DNA of 63,864 nucleotides, counting the filler, from Octopus bimaculoides (taxonomy: Eukaryota): the NCBI RefSeq assembly GCF_001194135.2. It is 11 parts of 11 records of this genome, joined end to end, with 100 filler letters (N's around TTAATTAATTAA, not from the genome) between each part and the next. Parts side by side here need not be neighbours in the genome. Positions count along the whole stretch, not along the records: positions 1 to 14,786 come from NC_068981.1; 10 more parts are not named here. One strand, written 5' to 3'. Below the pieces are notes generated by a model. That model was given only the letters and a program-made list of their open reading frames with translations, was not told the origin of the DNA and ran no database searches. How positions within the stretch are numbered: the stretch's first letter is position 1; each line of letters begins with the position of its first letter. Positions 1 through 12,602 of this stretch are shown in pieces. Both the position numbers and the translations under genes were made by a program.

Positions 1-288
1 CCAGTGCCCCTGGACTGGCTCTTGTGCGGGTGGCACATAAAAGACACCATTTCGAGGGTGGCCGTTGCCGGTACCGCCTGACTGGCCTCGTGCGGGTGAC
101 ACGTAAAAGCACCCACTACACTCTCTGAGTGGTTGGCGTTAGGAAGGGCATCCAGCTGTAGAAACTCTGCCAAATTTGATTGGAGCCTGGTGTTGCCATC
201 CAGTTTCACCAGTCCTCAGTCAAATCGTCCAACACATGCTAGCATGGAAAGCGGACGTTAAACGATGATGATGATGATAGTGATGATC
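1..288 (+). mobile_element. SINE 3' portion (family ending GCATGGAAAGCGGACGTTAAACGATGATGAT)
   Basis: Body GGTTGGCGTTAGGAAGGGCATCCAGCTGTAGAAAC and (GAT)n tail; the same tail recurs at 2149, ~6340 and, inverted, 59461. Confidence 0.8.
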
Positions 289-2148
289 TATCTAGTTGAC
301 TCAAGCTTTGTGAGTAGAATTGTGCAGAAGCCCCTCTGATAGACTATACTTCGGAGTAAATTTAAACTGTCTCCTAGTTGTAATACAACCACCTGGAGTT
401 TACTCTGTTGGAACATTCAGACAGAATCTCCAGTTTAAACATTCTCTTTCTTCACCAGTCACAGAGGTCCTTTGTGTGCTGCCCTTCTTCCTCTGAACTT
501 GTGTGATGTCAATTTGTGTGACAAGTTAAACTAATATGAACATAAGACTGAGGAAGTATATATAAAAAAAATTACATGAACTGTTATGGACATTTGATTA
601 GAAGTACAATGCATGCTTGGAGAGAAAAGGTAGCAAAAAGAATATGAGAAGATATGTACCATGCCATAGAAGATTTGTATGGAGAGATGCTATGTAATAG
701 ATTCCTCTGGCATATGCCTATAAAGAAACATTAAGTCAATGATGATAGTTAAAAATGAGGAAATACTTTTGAACTGTTTACTTATCTCAGTGTTTTAGAA
801 CATAACTGAAAGCATTAACAGACAGCTACTTCTCAATAACAACTGTTAACTGAATAGTTCTACTGCTAATTTCTTTTGAGATAGAAGCATAATATTATTA
901 AGGTATTTTCAGTCAATTTTTGGCATTGTAAACTTCATAGAGAAACTATTAATCAATAATGGCTGCTTCGACTTTCCTTTTTCATCATATCACTTTTGAT
1001 TCTATCTCAGATATTTTTCATAGTGATATGGAATGTACAGAAAGAAAGAAAAAATCATATCAAATGTGGAACTAAATAAGCCAACATTTTATTAAAATTC
1101 TACTTTTTCTCAACTTTGAAGTATCTTCATTTTATCTGCTTTCTTTTTTCTTTCCTTGAATAAGTTTTTGACTGAATGTCTGTCTTTTCTTTAACAACAT
1201 CGACTTTCTGAACTCTCTGATTGTATACCACCTCCATCTAAACATGAAATTCTTCTGCCATCTTTCTCATTGTGTCTTATCTGCTGGGTCCCTGTACTTA
1301 ACAACTTTGTTTACTCTTAGTTCCTCAATTTACCAAATAAAGTCGCAGCTCTTCAAAAGATTCTGTAATAAGAACCAGTTCTTATAAGCATAAAGATATT
1401 TCAAAAGATATCCAATTTTGAATGCTTATGATACCACATTAAAAGCTGTTATTAATTAGAAGTGGAATGTACACTAAAATACCTTACCAAATTTGCTCAC
1501 AATTCTTACCTTTCTCACAGTTACCACGCATGTGGCTTGAACTGCTCTCATGAGCTAGTTATCTTCTTTTAACATTCTTGGTGTCCTCCAGGCTACATAA
1601 GATGGGGCTCTTTTTAAATATTTTGTGCATGTCAAAAGTTGCATTATATCATAAAAGTTGCAATGTATCAGATAAAAGTTCCACATCCAAACTAATTCAT
1701 CTTACACTTTACTAACAGGTTTAACTGTGTATGAAGTACCTGTAATTAAACCTATAGATAAGCTGATTTCTTATTTTGCTGGCATTCTCACTTTAATCAA
1801 AATTAATAATCTGTATTTAATGGATATCTATAGTTAATTCTTTTCAGTTTCTGCAAGTCTTGTACACTTAATACCCCATTATTCACTGTTATGAAAGTTC
1901 TATTCATCACATTTAATTTTCATACAGTCTGGGCTTGGCATGGCATGATACATCTTTTGTTGCCTACAGTGTACATTGCATCATAGAAAATTTTTCCACA
2001 ACCTTCTTAATATATATATATATATATATACATACATATATATATATANNNNNNNNNNNNNNNNNNNNNNNNNNNNNNNNNNNNNNNNNNNNNNNNNNNN
2101 NNNNNNNNNNNNNNNNNNNNNNNNNNNNNNNNNNNNNNNNNNNNNNNN

Positions 2149-2187
2149 CATGGAAAGCGGACGTTAAACGATGATGATGATGATGAT
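2149..2187 (+). mobile_element. Tail of the same SINE family, cut by a gap
   Basis: CATGGAAAGCGGACGTTAAACGATGATGATG identical to 244-274. Confidence 0.7.
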
Positions 2188-2196
2188 ATGTATATA

Positions 2197-2228
<32 letters not shown>

Positions 2229-2269
2229 ATGTATATATGTACTCTTATATGTATGTGTGTGTGTGCATG

Positions 2270-2314
<45 letters not shown>

Positions 2315-2932
2315 CTCCAAGACATCGTGTCTTAGAAATCAATATTTTCAACTTAAGAGTAGTTATGTGTTAATTTATGAATTTAGGTTTCGTATCTAAA
2401 CTAATGTCATGTGAATTTAATTTGTTTAATTCAAGTGCACTTTTTGTTTAGTTTTACTTGCTTATGATCCATTCTTACTCACCACTGACAAATAAACTAA
2501 TTTTAAATATCACCCAAAATTAATGTAGAGCTTGTATGGTACAAAATAAGAATGTGTCTATGAGAAGATAATATTGATTGTCTTTTTTGGTGGGGGTGCG
2601 GAGAATTGACAGTAGGAAGTGTTGAAGTATATGCTCACAGTATTTCATTGTGAATTGTTGTGTTCTGTGTTCAGATTGTTCTGGGGTTGATACCTGTGTA
2701 CATGCACATACACACACACACGCGCACGCACACATACGCACACGCACACAATCATTTTTTGTGTATATACATAAGCATTATGAAGTATATTATGCATATG
2801 AGTGTGTATATATATATATATATGTGTGTGTGTGAATGTTTGTGTATGTGTATGGATATGTATATGTGTGTATACATTTATATGTGTTTATACACATATA
2901 TGTATATGTGTGTGTATATATTTGTGTATATA

Positions 2933-2984
<52 letters not shown>

Positions 2985-4384
2985 NNNNNNNNNNNNNNNN
3001 NNNNNNNNNNNNNNNNNNNNNNNNNNNNNNNNNNNNNNNNNNNNNNNNNNNNNNNNNNNNNNNNNNNNNNNNNNNNNNNNNNNNNNNNNNNNNNNNNNNN
3101 NNNNNNNNNNNNNNNNNNNNNNNNNNNNNNNNNNNNNNNNNNNNNNNNNNNNNNNNNNNNNNNNNNNNNNNNNNNNNNNNNNNNNNNNNNNNNNNNNNNN
3201 NNNNNNNNNNNNNNNNNNNNNNNNNNNNNNNNNNNNNNNNNNNNNNNNNNNNNNNNNNNNNNNNNNNNNNNNNNNNNNNNNNNNNNNNNNNNNNNNNNNN
3301 NNNNNNNNNNNNNNNNNNNNNNNNNNNNNNNNNNNNNNNNNNNNNNNNNNNNNNNNNNNNNNNNNNNNNNNNNNNNNNNNNNNNNNNNNNNNNNNNNNNN
3401 NNNNNNNNNNNNNNNNNNNNNNNNNNNNNNNNNNNNNNNNNNNNNNNNNNNNNNNNNNNNNNNNNNNNNNNNNNNNNNNNNNNNNNNNNNNNNNNNNNNN
3501 NNNNNNNNNNNNNNNNNNNNNNNNNNNNNNNNNNNNNNNNNNNNNNNNNNNNNNNNNNNNNNNNNNNNNNNNNNNNNNNNNNNNNNNNNNNNNNNNNNNN
3601 NNNNNNNNNNNNNNNNNNNNNNNNNNNNNNNNNNNNNNNNNNNNNNNNNNNNNNNNNNNNNNNNNNNNNNNNNNNNNNNNNNNNNNNNNNNNNNNNNNNN
3701 NNNNNNNNNNNNNNNNNNNNNNNNNNNNNNNNNNNNNNNNNNNNNNNNNNNNNNNNNNNNNNNNNNNNNNNNNNNNNNNNNNNNNNNNNNNNNNNNNNNN
3801 NNNNNNNNNNNNNNNNNNNNNNNNNNNNNNNNNNNNAAAAAATTATTAAGAATAAAAGGTTAAACTTTATATATATATACAAAGTTTTGATTTAAAAAAA
3901 ACTTTAACGATATTATAAACTATAAAGATTAATAATTAATCAAATAATATTAATCAAAAATAATCGAAAATATATCAACACTATTTCAATCGAAGTTCTA
4001 ATATTATGTTGAAATGAAACTATAACTTCTAAATAATATAGTGTTAAATAAGTTATCTATTAAAATAATCTATAAAGAACCAAATGAATAGTATAAAAAC
4101 AAGAATACATATTATTTTCAAATAGTAGAAAATCTTTAGCAAAGTGAAAACAGTACTTATCCAAATTTTTCCGTAATTCAAACTGAAAAACAAGCATTTT
4201 TACATAGGAGGGATTCCAGAAAAATCGATTTCAACTCTTTGGCCATTTCAGGAGTTCACTACCGTAGTTCAATTAAAGCAAGGTATAATCCGACAACGAC
4301 CTGTTCATCAGGATAACAGTTACATATCTTTATATGTGTATATATATATGCGCACTTACATATTTACTCTACAGGCTCCCTTTG

Positions 4385-4502
4385 TTTTCTATCTACCAAA
4401 TTTACTTACAAGTCTCTGGATGGCCTGGGTTTATTATAGAAGCCACTGAATCTGCATGATTGGGAAGGGAACTGCTCAACTATGCAGCCATGCTTGTGCA
4501 TG

Positions 4503-4534
<32 letters not shown>

Positions 4535-4556
4535 CGTGACTGAGTGTGCATGTGTC

Positions 4557-4588
<32 letters not shown>

Positions 4589-4594
4589 TGTATG

Positions 4595-4650
<56 letters not shown>

Positions 4651-4829
4651 CATCATGGTTTTAATGTTCACTGTTCAATATCTGCATGAGTTAGATGGAA
4701 TTTGCTAAGGCAGACCTTGTTCAGTTGGATGTTGTTGCTGTCACCAACACTCGTTTGCTTACTAAGAAGGTAATATCTCCTTGGCCTGATATGTTTTCAT
4801 TGAAGACTGGAATTGAATGACATTGCTTG
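4385..4829. repeat. First copy of a ~450-bp local direct duplication (partner 6426-6845)
   Basis: Shared TCTATCTACCAAATTTACTTACAAGTCTCTGGATGGCCT...(TG)n(TA)n...GATGTTGTTGCTGTCACCAACACTC...GAAGACTGGAATTGAATGA. Confidence 0.85.
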
Positions 4830-6230
4830 CATGATGGCAATACTTTTGAACAATTGTCTGAATCTTTTGCTGTGGAAAATGGAGTAAAGCAAGGAGACAT
4901 TGATGTACCCACCCTCTTTGCAATATACTTTGCTGTTGTGTTGCCACATGCTTTCCAAAACTCTGAAGAGAGTATTTACATAAAATATCGAACAACAGGG
5001 AATGTTTTTAATCTGACCAGACTGAACTTCAAAACGAAGGTTTTTTACTTTACTCATTAGGGAACTTTTATATGCTGATGATTGCAATCTTGTCAGTTAT
5101 TCTGAAACAGGTCTGCAATCTCTTGTATCTGCATTTGACTCAGCTTGTGATGATTTTGGTTTGACCATCAACTTGAAAAAAACAGTTGTAATGTATCAAC
5201 CTGCATGTGGTGCTGTTTGTAACCACCCACTAAAATTATTGTTAAGGTTAAGTTACTTGAGGTTGTTGATTCATTCATCTACCTTAGAAACTCTGTACAA
5301 AATGATGGAAATCTTGTTACAGAAATACATCTGTGAATTCAAAGGGCAGCAAAAGCATTTGGTGGCTTGGAGTCATGCGTTTGGTGCCAGTGACATATAA
5401 ATAACAATACAAAGTTGGCTCTTTACAAATCATTTGTGTTACCATCCCTGTTGTATTCCTGTGAAACATGGATATGTTATGAAAGACATTTTAAATTGTT
5501 AGAACAATTCCACCAAAAATGCCTTCATCGCATTTTAAACATTAAATGGATTTTTAAAATTCCAAACACAGATGTTCTTGCATCTCCAGGCATCACCTCA
5601 ATTAAAGCTATGATTAAGAGAAACCAAATGAGATGGTGTGGCCATATTGTTTGAAGGATGGATGCATGCCGAAACAGCTTTTTTATGGTGAGCTTGCAGA
5701 GGGGAAGCACTATCGTCGTAAACCTAAAAAAAGGTTTAAGGACTGCATAAGGACTACTATGAAGTCACCTGGAATGGATCCAGAGGGCATAGAAACTCTT
5801 GCTTTGGATTGGGCTGGATGGCAAACAAAAGTGTGGAGTGGAGCGAAAGTGTTTGAAGAGGTCAGGATAATTGCATGCAAGACTCAAAAGAGATTTAAGG
5901 AAGAATATGAATCACAATGACCTTTTTGTATGCACAGTTTGTGACAGACTATGCCTTTCTTTTGCTGGGCTCAATTCTCATTTGCAAACCCATGGAAAAC
6001 GAACCTCCACCAACTATTCTACCTATATGTCTGTACACACGTTTGAATGCAATGTATACCAGAAGGTTTGCAAATCTAATGTAGGCCTCAAAAGACCTTT
6101 TAAGATCCACAAAAATCAGAACTTATCTGCAGCTCTTGGTGGTCTAAATCGGATATACAATCTATGTGATTGTCTTTTTAGAACATTGTCTAGTTCAAAA
6201 AGCCATCAGATGCCATGATGGTTCTAAGGT
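4827..6230 (+). mobile_element. 5'-truncated, frameshifted RTE-clade LINE (RT C-half plus C2H2 zinc-finger tail)
   Basis: Translations FAVENGVKQG..PTLFAIYF, LYADDC, TINLKKTVVMYQP, LPSLLYSCETW, QMRWCGH, MPKQLFYGEL..KPKKRFKD, CTVCDRLCLSFAGLNSHLQTH across several frames. Confidence 0.9.
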
Positions 6231-6280
6231 GTAGATACATGAGGTGGACAACCACCATATATATATATGTATGTGTGCAT

Positions 6281-6378
6281 AGACTGGAGCCTGGTGCAGC
6301 TTTCTGGCTTCCCAGACCCCGGTCAAACAGTCCAACCCATGCTAGCATGGAAAACGGACGTTAAATGATGATGATGAT
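6281..6378 (+). mobile_element. SINE 3' half with (GAT)n tail
   Basis: Matches 178-288 (CTGGAGCCTGGTG...GCTAGCATGGAAAACGGACGTTAAATGATG). Confidence 0.75.
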
Positions 6379-6425
6379 ATATATATACATGCACACATAC
6401 ATATTTACACAACAAGCTTCTTTCA

Positions 6426-6544
6426 GTTTCTATCTACCAAATTTACTTACAAGTCTCTGGATGGCCTAGGTTTATCATAGAAGACACTGGAAAGGGAACT
6501 GCTCAACCACGCAGCCATGCTTGGATCTAAATATATTGTGCATG

Positions 6545-6581
<37 letters not shown>

Positions 6582-6584
6582 GTG

Positions 6585-6668
<84 letters not shown>

Positions 6669-6845
6669 CATTGTTTTGATTTCCACTTTTCGATATCTGT
6701 ATGAGTTAGATGGAATTTGTTAAGGTAGATTTTGTACAGCTGGATGTTGTTGCTGTCACCAACACTCATTTGCCCCCAAAGAATGCGATATCTCCTTGGC
6801 CTGATGTATTTTCATGGAAGACTGGAATTGAATGATACTGCTTGT
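6426..6845. repeat. Second copy of the ~450-bp direct duplication
   Basis: Collinear with 4385-4829, visibly diverged. Confidence 0.85.
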
Positions 6846-7299
6846 GTACAATTGTCATGTGATGTCAAGACAAGTAAATAGAGAGAGAAAGACATACACA
6901 CACACACTGGCTGATATACCTCTTTGTATATGAGGGTGTTGGTGTCAGTTAACTCCTTCATTTTGTTGCTGTTAATCTCAGTTGGTCAACAAGATCAAGA
7001 TGTCTCTTGAGTTAGAAAATTTCCAAATCGAGAGATTGGAAACCACTTCAGGTATACAACTTCTGAAACAACATACTCTCCATAAACAGTTCATATGTTC
7101 TTGTAGATTCCTGCTGCTTTCTTAATTTTTTTTTTTTAATGAAAAAAAAAGCATGAGGTGTTGATAGTGTTTGTTTTGGTTCCTCAGTTTCAGGGTGATC
7201 CCAAGCACACATAATATATCCCTTCATTGTAAGTTCAAGTTGAACTATGTTGAAGTGTCAAGTATCTAATGACTGTGCCTACACAAAGGACACACTTAT

Positions 7300-7348
7300 T
7301 AGAGTGCTTGAACTATAAGCGTTGACAAAAACAAATGGACTTTTTGGT
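7300..7348 (+). mobile_element. Mariner-like terminal fragment
   Basis: AAAAACAAATGGACTTTTTGGTTAACCCAATA, the reverse complement of a TA-TTGGGTT..-type mariner TIR, ending in TA. Confidence 0.45.
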
Positions 7349-7355
7349 TAACCCA

Positions 7356-7396
<41 letters not shown>

Positions 7397-8172
7397 CACA
7401 CATACATGCATACATTAAAACATACATATACATATATTTACATGTATGTATGTATATTACATATATATTTATATGCGCATGCATACATAAAAATATACAC
7501 ATACACATATTCATGTGTATATACATATATATTAAATACATGTATGTACGTATATGTATTTAAATGTACATATATGAATTTGAATATATATATTTACACA
7601 AGCAGACAAATGCATACACACACACTCACATATTTCTATACACATGTATAGTTACATATAGACACATGTACACATATTCTGGTTGGTTATTTAAATGCAT
7701 AAATTTTATTGAAGTAATCTTTATTGAAATTTAGCAATATTTTCATGAGCTTTGTAATTTTTTGAGTTGCTATATCGTTATTTTTATTCATATTTTGCCA
7801 TTCATGGTTTAAAAAGACTTTTTTTTTCCCAAAATGATGAATTGCTATTATTGAATATATTTTAACTGTAATATTTTTGTTGTTATTGCAGTTGGGTGGA
7901 TTTAGAGAATCTTTGAAGAAGATTTGCAATACTTCTTTGCATATCTGGGGCAGAGATAATGTCTGTTAAGCTGCACTTAAAGTTATGGAACATCAAACCA
8001 TGGTATTTTTCTGTAGATACCCACCTAAATGGTGATTCAGTTTTTGTCTGCATTATAAAGTAGAGGTGAAAGCCATTTCACTTCAGTTACATTGCTAATG
8101 TGTTTCAGCAAAGCATGAACATCATAGACACAATCATTTCTTCCTTTTGATAATAATAAAGTGTTCAGTAAT

Positions 8173-8770
8173 GTACTGGGTGTTCAGGATAAAATTTGAC
8201 AGTTTGCATAAAAGGAAAATAAAACACAATGGCCCAGCCAAAAATAAAAGTACTTAAAAAAAATCAAAAATATATAATTTAGATTATGGCTGGGAGATAA
8301 CTGTTTACTCAAAGTAGCTGCCGTCAGCTTCCGCTACGGTTTGAAGATGGCTCTGGAACCTGGTGCATGCACTCATTGTGTCTTTGGGAAGATCTTTGAA
8401 CACCTTGATTTTGGCCACCAGCTCAGCTTGGTGTTGCAGGGGATTACAGTTGGAGAAATTAGGGCTGGAGATTAAGTAAGAAACTGGGTTTGGTGAAGTC
8501 ATAGAAATTCTCTGACAACCACTTCTGACTCTCTCTGGAGGTATTGCAAAGAGCTGAATCCTGCTGCCATGCATATTGCCTTCCAGCAGCAACCATCTCC
8601 TGTCAGGGATTGACCACTCTCTTCTAGCTTCACATAGCCATTTGAATTGAATCTAAAGCTCTATTTAAAGATGTGGCATGGCATGACATCACCCTCACTT
8701 GAGACACATCCCAAAACCATCACAGTTTGGTGGGAACTTGGTTTTCATGATGTCCATGTTGCATCTTACT
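8173..8770 (-). mobile_element. maT (DD37D-type) Tc1/mariner transposase remnant, 3' half
   Basis: Minus-strand motifs KT..QTVMVLGCVSSEGDVMP, VAAGRQYAWQQDSA, SSPNFSNCNPL (WPPxSPDxNPL), ACTRFQSHLQTVAEADGSYFE; terminal TACTGGGTGTTCAGGATAAAATTTGAC. Confidence 0.85.
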
Positions 8771-9659
8771 GCCTTTATTGAGCAGCAGTTATGATGTCAG
8801 CATTTTGGTACCTGATGCAAATCGTCATGATACAGCTAACTCTTTACTCATATTTAGATAGCTTCAAGTTCTCAATGTCAGCTAACTTTTACTGAACTAC
8901 AACTTTAATCCTTATTCTCTCCAATGCCTTTGATTGTTCACCAGTATATCAAGCTGTACCTGAAAGAAGGAGAAAAAAATTGTCAAATTTAGCCTGAACA
9001 CTCTGTACTACTGTACAGCTAGTTAGTCTGGAGAAACCAGCAGTTTCTGTCTTGTGACTGGTATCTTGCTATGTCTATAGCACAAAAACTTAGTTATGGC
9101 TGGCTGAGCGTACCTACATTTAAGTAGATACCTTGGGATGATATAGTTCATTGCTATAAGGCAGTGACAGTATTGTAGAACTGAAAAGTGATATGTTAGC
9201 TGCTTGCAATGTAGGGTGTGATTTCTGTGGATGGAAAACTCCCTATGGTTAGGCCAGCATCAATCTTATACAGTGGGGGAGAATTTTACCCCATTTGTTT
9301 AACCCCATGGAAACTGGAGATAAACACTGGTCATATTGATTTTTGTGATTTGTGCATTTGTAAGAAATCAATATTTTACATTTTATTTTCATTGATGTTA
9401 GCATAGGTGAAATGCTTCTTCTACTTTAAATCTTGTAATTCCACACTATTCTAAATGAATCATTTGAATTTAATTTTATGTGTATACTCTTCAGAGCAAT
9501 TTTGTGAGAATCATTAAGAACATATGTTTATTTCACAGCACATATACAGTTTAATCGTTTGCTATGTTGTATAACAACAAAACATTTATTGTCTTCAAAG
9601 TTTTTATCATATTATTTATTCTATATAATGTTCATTATAAGTACAAGCATGCGGGTGGA

Positions 9660-9872
9660 AAGGTGGGCTGGCAGACTTGTTAGCATATAAGAAAAAATGC
9701 CTTGTAGCATTTCTTCTGGCTCTTTATATTCTTGGATCAAATTCAGCCAAGATCATTTTTGTTTTTCATACTTTTGTGGTTGATAAAATGTAGTACCAGT
9801 CCAGTGCCAGGGTCAATGGTATTGACTAAATCCCTCTTCACAAAATTAATGGCCTTGTACCTAATTCAGAAC
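9660..9872 (+). mobile_element. Old CpG-decayed copy of the AAGGCGGCGAGCTGG SINE family
   Basis: AGGTGGGCTGGCAGA..GTTAGCAT..TTCATACTTTTGTGGTTGATAAAATGTAGTACCAG aligns to 16821-17035. Confidence 0.6.
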
Positions 9873-10139
9873 CCATTGTGGGAATAAGCATGACCAAATG
9901 GCTAAGTTCATGAGGTCCAAGTTTCAGTCCCACTGAAATTTTTGGGTGAGTGCCTTCTATAATAGCTTCAGTATGATTCCAGTCTTGTGAATGAAAGTGG
10001 GCTGTTGTCATTGCTAATTTCTGTGTAAGCCCTGATTAAGTATACTTGTGATCTATACCACTGGTTCTGATCCTTTTATGGCTCAGCCTCACCTGTCATC
10101 AAATGGTGTTTACAAATGCCCTCTTCTCATCTTTTGTAT

Positions 10140-10709
10140 GATGCAATACCAGGCAGTGGCTCTCATGGCTTCTGGTCTTAACTGATTGGAAATGTTATCA
10201 TGTACATGGTTTGTTTTGGTATAAAAGATGGGCTACAGCAGATATTCTGCTCAGTACTACAAATTTGTTGGTCAGTTGTTTGACCTAAAGCAGTCGAGCA
10301 TGTCCCTTGGTGGCTGACGATATGTGCATCTTTGATCATGACCAAGAGTAGTGAGGGAGCATCATAGGCATGTGTTGAGAGGAGACCTTTGGGGTTTGAA
10401 TAATTCACCTCTGAAAACATAGATGTTTCATTCATTGTCCTTAAACAACCCTTATTCAGGGACATTTTGAGTGGGATGCACTATTCAACTTGAAGAAAAT
10501 TCTAACTGGGTCCCACCTGTTTATCTTGATATGAGGTCACCATGTCACACACATACATATGGTTGTGATGCACGTGCCTGGTGTACCCTTATCAGATGAG
10601 TAGTTATGATGGGTATATTGAGCTTTATATATTTGTACCCAGTGTCACTTTGATGGTGTGTGCTGCTCTCTCACTCAATAATGGTAATAATAATAATAAT
10701 AATAATAAT
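10140..10709 (+). repeat. Unclassified retroposon-like segment ending in an (AAT)n tail
   Basis: GC-richer block terminating GCTGCTCTCTCACTCAATAATGG(TAA)n; family not determined. Confidence 0.4.
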
Positions 10710-10916
10710 CCTTTCTACTAAAGGCATGAGGCCTGAAATTTGGTGAGAGGGAACTAGTCAATTACATCGATCCCAGTGTTTCATTGGTACTTTATTGACC
10801 CCAAAAAGATGAAAGGCAAAGTTGACCTTGGTGGAATTGAATTTGGAACATGAAGACATGAAATACTGCCAAGCATTTCTCCTGGTGTGCTAATAATTCT
10901 GCCAGCTTGCCACCTT
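10710..10916 (-). mobile_element. tRNA-derived SINE (AAGGCGGCGAGCTGG family), heavily CpG-decayed
   Basis: Full-length alignment to 16821-17035 and 48126-48320, with CpG to TpG/CpA changes. Confidence 0.8.
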
Positions 10917-11099
10917 GATAATGATGGACTGTACTGGTGAAGACAATGTATGAGCATCCAACTTTTGCCAAGTGTCCTGCACAAAGGATTTGTTTATAGT
11001 GATCAAATGTTTGTGCTGCACAATAACTCACTCTCTGCAGCAAATCGATGTTGTGGGAACAGGCGCACTGTGTGCCACGCCTCAAGTGTCGAAGTGATT

Positions 11100-11202
11100 T
11101 CAGAGTAGCATGAGATGAAGTGTTTTACTCAAGAACACAACACACCACCAGGTCTAGAAATTGAAATCATGGTCGCTAGATTGTGAGTGTAACACTCTAA
11201 CT
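11100..11202 (-). mobile_element. tRNA-head SINE remnant interrupted in its A-box by the hAT MITE
   Basis: CTCAAGAACACAACACACC...GTAACACTCTAAC continues after the MITE as CTCTAACCACT (reverse complement AGTGGTTAGAG, an A-box). Confidence 0.55.
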
Positions 11203-11699
11203 CAGGGGTGGGGACATCCCTGTCTGTGGGCGCAATTGCGCCCGCGATATCTTTTTATTGTGCCTGCAGGCTGATATACTCATATGTACAAAATATAGTA
11301 AATTTTCCAATCAAAATTTATACAATATTCGTATACCTATTTGTGACACAGGTTGCATTTCCACAACGACTTAAAATGGTCAGAAATTGTCCGGTAATTG
11401 CCATTTGAATGGAAATTTTGTTTTCACTATAAAACACATATTGCTAGGTTTATACCACACACTTGAGACCAAACTACACTTCAGCTGAAAAAAATAGAAT
11501 ACATCATAAGTAATATAAGTGTCCTAAATTCAGTGGTGGCATTAATGAAGGTGTTATGTGTTAAACTTATCTTTATTAATGTATATCAGATTATACATAT
11601 ACAAGATTTACACAGATATAGAGTTAGAATCTGTGATCTGTCCACGGACATTTTTCTTAGGAAATTTTTGCCCACCATACTAAAAAGTCCCCTTCCCTG
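11203..11699. mobile_element. hAT-superfamily MITE
   Basis: TIRs CAGGGGTGGGGA (11203) / TCCCCTTCCCTG (11688), 10/12 complementary; 8-bp TSD CTCTAACT/CTCTAACC; subterminal 16-bp palindrome GGGCGCAATTGCGCCC (11228-11243). Confidence 0.85.
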
Positions 11700-12237
11700 C
11701 TCTAACCACTATAATAATAACCCCAAAGAAACAACAGATTATTTAAATGATTGTAATGAAGCTAGCAGTATCATCAATCATATTTCTGAGAACTGATAGC
11801 ATGCTTTTCATATTCTAATCCTAACAAATTTTTTTGTTTGAAAATGTGTTTAAATTAGTTTGAATATTTTATTTCTGAGAAACACTTTAAGAAACTCCTT
11901 GAAACACTCTGTCCCCTCCCTCATAGCTCCAACTTGATTTTTGTTGCCCTCTTGTGAGGTTACAATGTTCCTAAGGTTCCAGTCTTGTGGCTGTTTGTTG
12001 ACAACTTTTTTCCATCTTGCAAGGGTAATAATATCCAATTTTTCTGCTGTTTTCACAGCTATACTGCATTTGAAATAATTCTTGTCTGTATAATATGATA
12101 CACATTCAACATTTCTAAAATCAAATACACACGCGCACACACACACACACACACACACATAAAATTCGATTAGATGTTATGTAGCCTCATGAAGGGATGG
12201 TGTCATCCAAGGGCTGAAAAAGAAAATGGACATTGTG

Positions 12238-12602
12238 AAGTTAATAAATGTTTATTATTAACAACAAATCAATCATTATTATCACTTACAGCTGTTTCGA
12301 TGAATTCTCAGTGAATTAATGAAATATTAAATTCATATGCCCCAAGCGTAATATCTTCAGAAGGAAAAAAATATATACCCTCAGATGTTTTTTATGTTTG
12401 TTTATGGATTAATTATAGCAGTCTTCCATAATGAATCCATAAACACATATAAAATGTCTTAGGGTATATTTTTTTCCCTCTGAAGATATTATGGTTAGGG
12501 CATATGAATTTAATATTTGATTAATCCACAGAGTATTAATTGAAACAACTGTAAGGGATAATAATGATTGATTTGTTGTTGATAATAAACATTTATTAAC
12601 TT
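12238..12602. repeat. Long fold-back inverted repeat (~180-bp arms, 11-nt loop), Penelope pseudo-LTR-like
   Basis: Arm 12238-12416 is the reverse complement of 12428-12602; carries CTGAAGA...GAAACAGCTGTAAG and AATAAA. Confidence 0.9.

Noticed and set aside
200-222. CTGAGGA..GAAA on the minus strand as a hammerhead
   Set aside because: No helix II or III pairing; it is part of the SINE body.
5871-6218. C2H2 zinc-finger gene (a family expanded in octopus)
   Set aside because: The fingers are the C-terminal tail of the RTE ORF, contiguous with its RT domain and degenerate.
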